Of a stretch of 64,000 nucleotides of DNA, positions 41,413 to 49,625 are shown piece after piece. The notes under the pieces were generated by a model, which saw only the letters and a program-made list of their open reading frames with translations, was not told where the DNA came from and did not search any database. The stretch is taken from positions 2,172 through 66,171 of the forward strand of contig JBIOVX010000013.1 of the NCBI GenBank assembly GCA_044868005.1, given 5' to 3'. Numbering within the stretch: position 1 is the first letter of the stretch; each line of letters begins with the position of its first letter. This stretch comes from Thermoanaerobaculia bacterium. GTDB taxonomy: Bacteria > Acidobacteriota > Thermoanaerobaculia > Multivoradales > UBA5704. A program made the translations under genes and the position numbers.

Positions 41413-42293
41413 AGGGCGAGACCCGCTCGCTGGACGTCGTGCAGCGCTGGTTCCAGGCGGTGGTCACCCACCCCGAGGGAGTCAAGGGCGGCGCCGCCTC
41501 ATCCGAAGCGCAGGAGCTGATCCGCTTGAACCGCGGCGAGCTGGAAGCGGTGGTGCGGCGCTCGCGCAACCTCACGGCGGCCGAGCGGCTGTCGATCTAC
41601 GCCAACGCCTACTACGCCCGCCTGCTGGAGTGCCTCGGCGCCTGCTACCCCGTGCTCAAGCGCGCCCTGGGCGACGAGGTCTTCGACAGCTTCGCCTTCG
41701 AGTACCTGCAGCGCTATCCCTCGCGCAGCTACACGCTGGACCGCCTGGGAGAGAGCTTCGCCCGCTTCCTCGACGAGACCCGGCCCGAGCGCGAGACGGC
41801 CGGCGCGGTGGACTGGCCCGACTTCCTCATCGATCTGGCCAACCTCGAATGGACGATCGCCAAGGTGTTCGACGGCCCCGGGGTCGAGGGCCAGCCGCTG
41901 CTGACGCCGGAGGCGTTGCAGTCCTTCCCGGCCGAGCGCTTCGCCGAGGCGCGCCTCACGCCGGTAGTCTGCCTGCGCCTCCTCTCCTTCCGCTATCCGG
42001 TCAACGCCTACTTCACCGCGGCACGGCAGGCCGAGGAAGGCGAGGAAATCCCGATCCCCGAGCCCGTGGACGAGTGCGTGGCCATCCTCCGCCGCGATTT
42101 CGTCGTGCGGCGCTATCCGTTGACGCCGCCCCAGCACGCCCTGCTCGAGCGCATCCAGGCCGGCGCCACCGTCGGCGAGGCCGTCACGGCCGCCGCCGCG
42201 GCGAGCGAGCTCGACGACGACGCCCTCGCCGCCGAGCTGCGGGCCTGGTTCCGTTTCTGGTCGGCGGAGGGGTTCTTTCAGTCTGTTTCCTGA
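41409..42293 (+). CDS. DUF2063 domain protein (MbnC/BufC-like partner of DUF692)
   Basis: GTG 41409 overlaps TGA 41410-41412. [14 protein letters not shown]...[48 protein letters not shown] fits the DUF2063 N-terminal domain. Confidence 0.8.
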   Translation: MKGETRSLDVVQRWFQAVVTHPEGVKGGAASSEAQELIRLNRGELEAVVRRSRNLTAAERLSIYANAYYARLLECLGACYPVLKRALGDEVFDSFAFEYLQRYPSRSYTLDRLGESFARFLDETRPERETAGAVDWPDFLIDLANLEWTIAKVFDGPGVEGQPLLTPEALQSFPAERFAEARLTPVVCLRLLSFRYPVNAYFTAARQAEEGEEIPIPEPVDECVAILRRDFVVRRYPLTPPQHALLERIQAGATVGEAVTAAAAASELDDDALAAELRAWFRFWSAEGFFQSVS

Positions 42294-42373
42294 AAAATCA
42301 GCGAACCAGTCCTGGTTTTCCGGAAAAGCGCGTAGTCTACCAGCTCGGCTGCTAGAACAGGCTCCGGCGGCTT

Positions 42374-42958
42374 TCATGCCAGCGTCAGCGCGAGCGGCAG
42401 GATGGCGGCGGCAAGCCCGGTGTAGACGACGCGCGGTTCGCGGCGGCAACGCCACGCCACAGCCAGCACCGCGGGCACCAGCCACACGAGGAAGGAGATG
42501 CCCACAAGCCCGTCACGGCCGCGAGTTGCACGACCGGCAGGACGTCCGCCTGGGAGTATGCGAGGCTGCCGAACGTGCCGTGAGGGGAGATCAGGGAGAC
42601 GAGGTATTCCTTGGTAGCGACGAGGGCCGGATACGCAACGATCGCGATCGCGGGGGGCGCCCCGCCGCGCCACGATGCGCCAGATCGACGCCAGCACCGT
42701 GAAAGGCAGGGGAAGGAGCAGCACGACGAGACCCAGCACGATGGGGGGCAGGGGGTAGGCCAGAATCAGGTTCACCGCGCCGATCGCGAAGGCGGCGAAC
42801 GCGGCGAGAGCTGCGCGGCCGGCGCGAAGATCCGGCAGCACGACGAGCAAGGGCAGTGGCGCGAGCCAGGCCAGAGGCCAAACATGGTTGACTCCGGTGG
42901 AGAGAAACCACATCGCGCCGCTGGCGAGCACGGCGAACAAGGTTCTAACTAATGGCAA
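42374..42958 (-). pseudogene. lnt: Remnant of apolipoprotein N-acyltransferase (N-terminal membrane domain only, two compensating frameshifts)
   Basis: The N-terminus is WPLAWLAPLPLLVVL...AIGAVNLILAYPLP. The central ~35 codons read sensibly only in the +1 frame (AIAIVAYPALVATKEYLVSLISPHGTFGSLAYSQADVLPVVQLAAVTG), then return to frame (LVGISFLVWLVPAVLAV). The ORF stops after 194 aa and there is no CN-hydrolase domain. Confidence 0.55.
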
Positions 42959-43064
42959 GCCTCCACCGGGGACTACGGTGGCTCGCCGAGGACGGTTTCA
43001 GCGCGACGCGATGATCGCCAGCATCGAAACGTCCTGAGACCCCGAGCGTCCATGTCAGCAGTTA

Positions 43065-43101
43065 TAGCCTGGCAGGCTGGATAATCCGGCCTGCCAGGCT
43101 A
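43065..43101. promoter_or_regulatory. Perfect 13-bp inverted repeat (tagcctggcaggc-N11-gcctgccaggcta), function unknown
   Basis: Arms lie at 43065-43077 and 43089-43101 in a lower-GC intergenic region upstream of the maltodextrin locus. Confidence 0.4.
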
Positions 43102-43301
43102 CGATTGTCCGAGGTCCCACCCGTTGAGCGACGGAAGAGCATACTTGTGGCTGGATATGGCGATCAGTGCCCACGCCCCGAAGCAGCTCCAGTCTCAGTC
43201 TACGCGGTGCTCGACCAAGCGCGCGACCCTGCCCATTGGAAGCGGTGCTGAGAGCACCGAGCTTTCCCTTCGCCCCGCCTTTCCCTGCCTGTCACGCCGA
43301 A

Positions 43302-43330
43302 TTGACACCCCCGTCATGCATTCCTAGAAT
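43302..43330 (+). promoter_or_regulatory. Near-consensus sigma70 promoter TTGACA-N17-TAGAAT
   Basis: TTGACA lies at 43302-43307, followed by an exactly 17-nt spacer and TAGAAT at 43325-43330. It is ~98 nt upstream of the GH13 start at 43428. Confidence 0.6.
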
Positions 43331-43427
43331 CGCTCCGTCGTCACGGGATTCAGCGCACGGGGACTCTCCCAGGGAGGCTTGACTGCGATCTCTGTCGCCT
43401 GAGCCGGACCGCCTCTCTCGCCGCACG

Positions 43428-44966
43428 GTGCCGCGGTCAGCGGCCGCCGTCCTCCTCCTGTTCGCGGTCTGGCTGGCCGGCTGCAGTGGCAGATCCTCGC
43501 CGGCCGTCTCCACAAATCAAGCTCCGACTGCAGCTCCGGCCACTCCCATCTCAGTCGTCCCCCAGGAGAGCTGGCGGGACGCCGTCCTCTACTTCGTCAT
43601 CGTCGACCGCTTCGCCGACGGCGATCCGGGCAACAACTGGAACGTCAGCCGCGGCGCCAAGGGCACCTTCCACGGCGGCGACCTCGCCGGCTTGCGCCAG
43701 CAGCTCGACGAGATCGCGGACCTCGGTGCCACGGCCATCTGGATCACGCCGGTGGTCAAGAACATCGAGGGCTTCGTCACCGGCGCGGGCTTCCCGGACT
43801 GGAGCTACCATGGCTACTGGGCGGACTACTTCTACAGCCTCGATCCGCGATTCGGCACCGAGGCGGAGCTCAAGGCGCTGGTGGACGACGCCCACGCCCG
43901 CGGTATGAAGGTGCTGCTCGACGTGGTCTACAACCACGCCGGTTACGACTCCCGCTATCTCACGGATCCGAAGACCCGCTTCTGGCTGCGCAGCTCGAAC
44001 CAGGGAGGCTGCGGCCAGGACGACCTGACCTCCTGCGTCGCCGGGCTGCCCGACTTCAAGATCGAGCTGCCCGAGGTCGCCGACTATCTGATGACCGCCC
44101 ACCTGGGGCTGGCGAAACGGGTGGGGCTCGACGGCTTCCGTCTCGATACGGTCAAGCACGTCGATCACCCCTTCTGGCAGGAGCACCGCCGGCGCATCCG
44201 CGAGCAGATCGGCCCGGACTTCTTCCTCATCGGCGAGGTCTGGGGCGGCGACGCGCAGTCGCTCGATCCCTGGTTCGTCGACGACGAGATGGACGCCGGC
44301 TTCGATTTCTCGTTCCAGGGCAGCGCGCTCGCCTGGGTGCAGGGACGCGGCCGCACGGTGGCCTTCGATCGTTACCTCAAGTCGCGCGAGAAGGTGCGCG
44401 CCGGCCACCTGCTCTCCCCCTACCTCTCGTCGCACGACGTGCCCGGTGCGCTCTTCCAGTTGAACGGCGACAAGGAGCTGTTCCGGCTGGCCGCGCTGCT
44501 CGAGCTCACCTCCGGCGGCGTGCCGATGATCTATTACGGCGAGGAAGTGGGCCGGCCCGGCGGCGACTGGCCGGACAACCGGAGCGACATGCCGTGGGGC
44601 GAGCGCAGGATCCAGCCAGGCGCCGGCAAGCCGCGGGACGAGGCGCTGCGCGCCGGCTACAAGAAGCTCATCGCCATCCGCCGCGCCCACAAGGCGTTCT
44701 CGCGCGGAGTCCACACCGGATTGTCGACGGACGGCGACCTGCTGGTCTTCCTGCAGCGGGACGAGGCGAGCGGCGACGCCGTGGTGGTAGCCGTCAACCG
44801 CGGCTCCGCGCCGGCGGCGGCGAGCTTCGACGTGCCGGCCGAATGGGGAGACTCGCCCGTGCGGGACGTGTGGAACGGCGAGGCGGTGGAGCGGACGGGC
44901 GGAAAGGTCGAGGCGCAGGTGGCTCCGAAAAGCGCCCGGATTTTCGCGATCGAACGGAGTCCCTGA
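43428..44966 (+). CDS. Alpha-amylase family (GH13) lipoprotein
   Basis: GTG start. The lipobox is LFAVWLAGCSG. GH13 regions are DRFADGDPGNN, GGDLAGLRQQLDEIADLGATAIWITPV, VLLDVVYNH, GFRLDTVKHV, FLIGEVW and YLSSHD. Confidence 0.9.
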   Translation: MPRSAAAVLLLFAVWLAGCSGRSSPAVSTNQAPTAAPATPISVVPQESWRDAVLYFVIVDRFADGDPGNNWNVSRGAKGTFHGGDLAGLRQQLDEIADLGATAIWITPVVKNIEGFVTGAGFPDWSYHGYWADYFYSLDPRFGTEAELKALVDDAHARGMKVLLDVVYNHAGYDSRYLTDPKTRFWLRSSNQGGCGQDDLTSCVAGLPDFKIELPEVADYLMTAHLGLAKRVGLDGFRLDTVKHVDHPFWQEHRRRIREQIGPDFFLIGEVWGGDAQSLDPWFVDDEMDAGFDFSFQGSALAWVQGRGRTVAFDRYLKSREKVRAGHLLSPYLSSHDVPGALFQLNGDKELFRLAALLELTSGGVPMIYYGEEVGRPGGDWPDNRSDMPWGERRIQPGAGKPRDEALRAGYKKLIAIRRAHKAFSRGVHTGLSTDGDLLVFLQRDEASGDAVVVAVNRGSAPAAASFDVPAEWGDSPVRDVWNGEAVERTGGKVEAQVAPKSARIFAIERSP

Positions 44967-45019
44967 CGGCACCGAGGCTCTCCCGCCCGGCAACGAGTGC
45001 TCAACTACCCGAAAGGGTA

Positions 45020-45041
45020 GGGGCCGGTCGTGTCCGGCTCC
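45020..45041 (+). repeat. Family-B-like hairpin (ggggccgg-tcgtgt-ccggctcc) preceded by gta
   Basis: It has the same gtagggg...N6...stem layout as the elements at 40442 and 53603 but is more diverged. It lies between the GH13 gene and the ABC ATPase gene. Confidence 0.5.
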
Positions 45042-45065
45042 TGTATGAAGTATCTGGAGAACACT

Positions 45066-46160
45066 ATGGCAGAAGTGACGCTCAGGGGAGTCAAAAAGGC
45101 TTTCGGACCGGTCACTGTCATTCCCGATCTGGACCTGGACGTCCTGGATCACGAGTTCATCGTCCTGGTCGGTCCCTCGGGGTGCGGCAAATCGACGGCC
45201 CTGCGGATGATCGCCGGCCTGGAGGAGCTCACGGCCGGCACTATCGCCATCGGCGGCCGAGTGGTCAACGACGTGCCGCCGAAGGACCGGGACATCGCCA
45301 TGGTCTTCCAGAGCTACGCCCTCTACCCGCACATGACGGTGCGCCAGAACCTCGAGTTCGGCCTCAAGATCCGCAAGACGCCGAAGGAAGAGATGAACGA
45401 GCGCGTCCGCGAGGCGGCGGAGATCCTCGGCATCACCGAGCTCCTGGACCGGAAGCCCAAGCAGCTCTCCGGCGGCCAGCGGCAGCGGGTGGCTGTCGGC
45501 CGCGCCATCGTCCGCAAGCCGGCGGTCTTCCTGTTCGACGAGCCGCTGTCGAACCTCGACGCCAAGCTGCGGGTGCAGATGCGCGCCGAGATCTCGAAGC
45601 TGCAGAAGGACCTGCAGACCACCACCGTGTACGTCACCCACGACCAAATCGAGGCGATGACCATGGGTGACCGCATCGCGGTGATGAACAAGGGCGAGCT
45701 GCAGCAGGTGGGCACGCCGCTGGAGGTCTACGAGAAGCCGGCCACTCTGTTCGTCGCCAGCTTCATCGGCACGCCGCCGATGAACTTCGTGCCGGCCACG
45801 CTCACCGGCAGCGGCACGACAGTGACGGCCTCGGGCTTCCAGGTGCCCATGCCGCAGGCGTTTCGCGCCGCGGCGGCGGGGCATGACGGGCAGAAGGTGG
45901 TCTTCGGAATCCGCCCCGAGAACATCCGCGAAGCTTCCCGCGAAGCGGCCGGCGGCACGGTACCGATCACCGTGAAGGTGGAGTTCGTCGAGCCCCTCGG
46001 CCACGAGGTCATCGTGCACGGCCGCGTTGGCGACGATCTGCTGATCGCCAAGGTGGATCCGCACCGCGCTCCGCAGATGGGCTCGCAGATCCCGCTCGTC
46101 ATCGAGGTGGAGGCGGGGCATCTTTTCGACGCCGGGTCGGAGCGGCGGCTGGGGAGCTGA
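45066..46160 (+). CDS. Sugar ABC transporter ATP-binding protein (MalK/MsmX/UgpC type)
   Basis: Start chosen at ATG 45066, with GGAGA 5 nt upstream; the listed start at 45030 lies inside the hairpin. Motifs are Walker [10 protein letters not shown], signature [10 protein letters not shown] and Walker [15 protein letters not shown]-terminal regulatory domain is present. Confidence 0.9.
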   Translation: MAEVTLRGVKKAFGPVTVIPDLDLDVLDHEFIVLVGPSGCGKSTALRMIAGLEELTAGTIAIGGRVVNDVPPKDRDIAMVFQSYALYPHMTVRQNLEFGLKIRKTPKEEMNERVREAAEILGITELLDRKPKQLSGGQRQRVAVGRAIVRKPAVFLFDEPLSNLDAKLRVQMRAEISKLQKDLQTTTVYVTHDQIEAMTMGDRIAVMNKGELQQVGTPLEVYEKPATLFVASFIGTPPMNFVPATLTGSGTTVTASGFQVPMPQAFRAAAAGHDGQKVVFGIRPENIREASREAAGGTVPITVKVEFVEPLGHEVIVHGRVGDDLLIAKVDPHRAPQMGSQIPLVIEVEAGHLFDAGSERRLGS

Positions 46161-46197
46161 GACGGCGATGAAAACGTCCGCCGTATTGCCCGCGCGA

Positions 46198-46284
46198 CCT
46201 CACCCCAACCCCTCTCCTAATGGAGAGGGCTTTGGACGGCTTGTTTCCCCCCTCTCCTCTAGGAGAGGGGGCCAGGGGGTGAGG
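46198..46284. repeat. Family-A extragenic palindromic element (two hairpins within an 87-bp inverted repeat)
   Basis: The sequence is cctcaccccaacccctctcctaatggagaggg...cccctctcctctaggagagggggccagggggtgagg. The outer ends cctcacccc and ggggtgagg are reverse complements. Confidence 0.85.
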
Positions 46285-46340
46285 TCGAGCGGGCACGACG
46301 GCTCCGCATTGGCTCTTATCCGTCGCCATAGGAGAACCTC

Positions 46341-47558
46341 ATGAGATCCCACATCCCCCGCGGCATCCTCATCGCGCTCGCGCTGTTCGTCTTTCCGGCC
46401 TTCGCTCAGGCGCAGAAGGAGATCGTCGTCTGGCACGGCTACCGCGGCGGCGAAAAGGCGGCTTTCGAACAGGTAGTCGACAACTTCAACAAGGCCAACG
46501 CCGGCAAGATCAAAGTCTCGACGCTCGCGGTGCCCTACGACGCTTTCGCCGACAAAATCACCGCCGCCGTGCCGCGCGGCAAGGGGCCGGACGTCTTCAT
46601 CTTCGCGCAGGACCGCCTCGGCGGCTGGATCGTGGCCGGCAACACGGTGGAAAACCTCGACTTCTTCCTCGACGACAAGATCAAGGGGCGCTATCTCAAG
46701 GCCACCATGGACGCCATGACCTACCAGGGCAACGTCTATGGCCTGCCCTTGAACTTCAAGGTCATCACTCTGATCTACAACAAGAAGCTGGTGCCGACGC
46801 CGCCGAAGACGACCGCGGAGCTGGTCGCCATGGCGAAGAAGAACACGAACGCGGCGTCGGGCAGGTTCGGGCTCGTCTACTGGTACTCGGATTTCTACTA
46901 CCACGCGGCGCTGATGAACGGCTTCGGCGGCGGCGTCTTCGGCCCCAACCGAAAGCCGACCATGAATTCGCCGCAGAACGTCAAGTCTCTGGAGTATCTG
47001 CTGGGCTGGATCAACCAGGGCTTCATGCCCGCCGAGCCTTCGACGGCGCTCATCACCTCGCTGTTCAACCAGGGCAAGGCGGCCATGGTCCTTTCCGGCC
47101 CCTGGTTCCTGGGCGAGGCGTCGGACAAGATCGACTACGGCTTGGCTCCCCTTCCCGCCATCAGCGAGATCGGCAATAAGCCGATGCGTCCATGGATCAC
47201 GGTCGAGGGGGTCTACGTGGCGGCGCCGTCGAAGAACAAGGAGGCGGCGTTCGAATTCGTCAAGTATCTGACCGACGTGCCGGCCGGCAAGGTCCTGGCC
47301 GTCGAGGGACGGCAGACGCCCGCCAACAAAGGCGTTTACGCCGACCCGAAGATCGCCAACGATCCGATCCTCAAAGTGTTCCGCCAGCAGGTGGACGTCG
47401 GCGTGCCCATGCCCAACCTGCCCGAGATGTCCATGATGTGGTCGCCCGCCACCACGGCCATGAATACCATCGTGCAGAAGACGGCCACGCCGAAGCAGGC
47501 GATGGATCAGGCTCAGAAAGAGGTCGTCGAACGCATCGCCAACCTCCTCAAGAAATAG
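46341..47558 (+). CDS. Maltose/maltodextrin-type ABC substrate-binding protein
   Basis: It has a signal peptide. IVVWHGYRGGEKAAFEQVVDNFNK...VPYDAFADKITAAVPRGKGPDVFIFAQDRLGGW...GPWFLGE is the MalE-like pattern. Confidence 0.85.
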   Translation: MRSHIPRGILIALALFVFPAFAQAQKEIVVWHGYRGGEKAAFEQVVDNFNKANAGKIKVSTLAVPYDAFADKITAAVPRGKGPDVFIFAQDRLGGWIVAGNTVENLDFFLDDKIKGRYLKATMDAMTYQGNVYGLPLNFKVITLIYNKKLVPTPPKTTAELVAMAKKNTNAASGRFGLVYWYSDFYYHAALMNGFGGGVFGPNRKPTMNSPQNVKSLEYLLGWINQGFMPAEPSTALITSLFNQGKAAMVLSGPWFLGEASDKIDYGLAPLPAISEIGNKPMRPWITVEGVYVAAPSKNKEAAFEFVKYLTDVPAGKVLAVEGRQTPANKGVYADPKIANDPILKVFRQQVDVGVPMPNLPEMSMMWSPATTAMNTIVQKTATPKQAMDQAQKEVVERIANLLKK

Positions 47559-47561
47559 ATC

Positions 47562-49625
47562 ATGGCCCGCCCACCGCGTCCCCTCTCGCACCGCCGCCGG
47601 TTCCTGATCGGCCTCGCGCTTGCCACCCTGCTCGGCGTGGGCCTCGGAGCCTCGCTGCTCGCCGGCTCTCTCGCGGCCGAGCGCCGAGAGCGGGGGGAGC
47701 GCAAGGCGGTGGTCACCCTCTCCGCTCTCTCCGCGATCGTCGATCGCGCGAGCGGCGGCGCCGCGGAGGAGGCAGCGCCGGCGGAGGAGGGAGGGTTTGG
47801 CCTCGGTGAGGAGCTGGCGGCGGTGGGGCAGAACCAGCCCGCCGCGCCGCAGGGCGACGAGGGAGCGAAGGTCCGCCGCGCCGTGGCCCGCTTTGCCAAA
47901 GAACACCCGGAGGTGACGGCGATCCGCGTCGTCAAGTTCGATGGCCGCCAGCTCGAGGCTTCGACGGCGCCGGAAGATCGGCGCGACAAGGCCGCGCCGC
48001 GGACCCTCGTCCTGGCAGAAAAGCCGATCTACGACCTTGGCCAGAAGCTGCGGGCCGCCGTGGAGGCGAATCGCGAAGGTGCCGAAGGCGCGGCGCGGGC
48101 GCCGGAGATCGCCGTCGAGCGCCGGCCGGCCGGACTCCTGCTCGCGGCGCCGGTGGAGCGCGGCGGCGAGGTCATCGGCATGGTGCAGATGGAGATGCGG
48201 GCGGAGCGCGAGCCCGCTGCCTTCGCCTGGCTGCCCTTCCTGGCCGTCTGGATCGCTCCGCTGATCGCAATGCTGCTGCTCTTCGGGATCCTGGGCGAGC
48301 GCCGCTGGCTGCTCGCCGCGGCCGGGGCCCTGGTGCTGGTGATCGATCTCTGGGCCTATGGGCGTTACGCCCTCGGCCAGTTGGAGGCCGAGCGCCGCCG
48401 GTCGTCGGAAGCGGTGGCCGCTCAGATCGGCGAGGAGTCGAAGACGGCCGGGGCCTTGTTGGCCGAGCTTGGCATCCCCGCCGGCAAACCTCTCGAGCCC
48501 ACCCTCTGGGACGCCGATCAGTTCCGCGAGGCGCGTGGGCTCATCACCGCCACCGGCACGGTGGACGAAGGCCGCCTGGGAGAGCTGGTGGCGGCCGACG
48601 CCAGTCGTCTGACCCGCTCCGTCGGCGCGCTCGCCGCTCTCTCCCTGGCCCTTCTGGCGTTCGTGGGACTGGGATGGGCCGCCCGCACCGGCAGCGCCCT
48701 CGTCCAGCACCGGGTCGCCTATCTCTACGCCCTGCCGGCTCTGCTCGCCATGCTGGTCCTGGTCTTCTTCCCGTTTTTCTACGGCTTCGCCCTCTCCTTC
48801 ACCAACGCCAACCTCTACAACACCGACAAACCTGTCAGCGAAACCTGGGTCGGCCTGCAGAACTATTTCGACATCCTGACCGACTTCCGGATCATGAAGC
48901 AGACGCCGGAGGGACGAGTCTGGAACTACCAGAACTTCTATTACACGTTGATGTTCACCCTCGTCTGGACGGTTTCGAACGTGGCGGGCGGCGTCCTGAT
49001 GGGGCTGACCCTTGCCCTGATCCTCAACCTCCGTGGTTTCGCGCTGCGCCCTCTGTACCGCATCCTGCTGATCTTGCCGTGGGCGACTCCCAACTACATA
49101 ACGGCGCTGATCTTTCGCGGCATGTTTCACCGCCAGTTCGGCGTCGTCAATCAGATCGTCCAGCTCTTCGGCGGGCCGGCCATCCCGTGGTTCGACCGGC
49201 CGTTTACCTCGTTCCTCGCGGTGCTGACGACCAATAGCTGGCTCTCCTTTCCATTCATGATGGTGATGGCCCTCGGCGCTCTGCAGTCGATTCCGTCCGA
49301 CCTCTACGAGGCGGCGCGGGTGGACGGCGCCTCGCGTTGGCAGCAGTTCCGCTCGATCACGCTGCCTTCGCTGCGGCCGGCTCTGGTGCCGGCCATCATC
49401 CTGTCGGTGATCTGGACGTTCAACATGTTCAACATCATCTACCTGGTCTCGGGGGGCAATCCCGGAGGTGCCACCGAGATCCTGATCACCCAGTCGTACA
49501 AGATCGCGTTCGAGCAATACCGCTACGGCTACGCGGCCGCGTACTCCACCCTCATCTTCCTGATCCTTTTCGCCTACGGCACCTGGCAGAACCGGGTGAC
49601 CAAAGCCACGGAGGCCGTCGCATGA
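47562..49625 (+). CDS. MalF-type ABC permease with a ~370-aa N-terminal extension (TM - extracytoplasmic domain - TMs)
   Basis: The C-terminal ~310 aa form a binding-protein-dependent permease (EAARVDGASRWQQFRSITLPSLRPAL is the EAA loop). The N-terminal part has no recognisable family by eye. Confidence 0.85.
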   Translation: MARPPRPLSHRRRFLIGLALATLLGVGLGASLLAGSLAAERRERGERKAVVTLSALSAIVDRASGGAAEEAAPAEEGGFGLGEELAAVGQNQPAAPQGDEGAKVRRAVARFAKEHPEVTAIRVVKFDGRQLEASTAPEDRRDKAAPRTLVLAEKPIYDLGQKLRAAVEANREGAEGAARAPEIAVERRPAGLLLAAPVERGGEVIGMVQMEMRAEREPAAFAWLPFLAVWIAPLIAMLLLFGILGERRWLLAAAGALVLVIDLWAYGRYALGQLEAERRRSSEAVAAQIGEESKTAGALLAELGIPAGKPLEPTLWDADQFREARGLITATGTVDEGRLGELVAADASRLTRSVGALAALSLALLAFVGLGWAARTGSALVQHRVAYLYALPALLAMLVLVFFPFFYGFALSFTNANLYNTDKPVSETWVGLQNYFDILTDFRIMKQTPEGRVWNYQNFYYTLMFTLVWTVSNVAGGVLMGLTLALILNLRGFALRPLYRILLILPWATPNYITALIFRGMFHRQFGVVNQIVQLFGGPAIPWFDRPFTSFLAVLTTNSWLSFPFMMVMALGALQSIPSDLYEAARVDGASRWQQFRSITLPSLRPALVPAIILSVIWTFNMFNIIYLVSGGNPGGATEILITQSYKIAFEQYRYGYAAAYSTLIFLILFAYGTWQNRVTKATEAVA

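Noticed and set aside
42294-42330. Terminator after the DUF2063 gene (gaaccagtcctggttttcc)
   Set aside because: The stem is only 5-6 bp with a 2-4 nt loop, which is too weak to call.
43243-43259. Small hairpin cggtgct-gag-agcaccg in the spacer upstream of the GH13 gene
   Set aside because: It has a 7-bp stem with a 3-nt loop and no U-tract or partner gene. It is indistinguishable from chance in this context.
45005-45020. ctaccc-GAAA-gggtag tetraloop hairpin after the GH13 stop
   Set aside because: The hairpin is real but short (6 bp) and lacks a U-tract. It is adjacent to the family-B-like element, so I did not call it a separate terminator.
46200-49517. 1105-aa minus-strand ORF antisense to the ABC transporter genes (also 43551..46121 and 51338..53317)
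   Set aside because: These are shadow ORFs of high-GC coding DNA. The plus-strand genes have signal peptides, EAA loops and Walker motifs.
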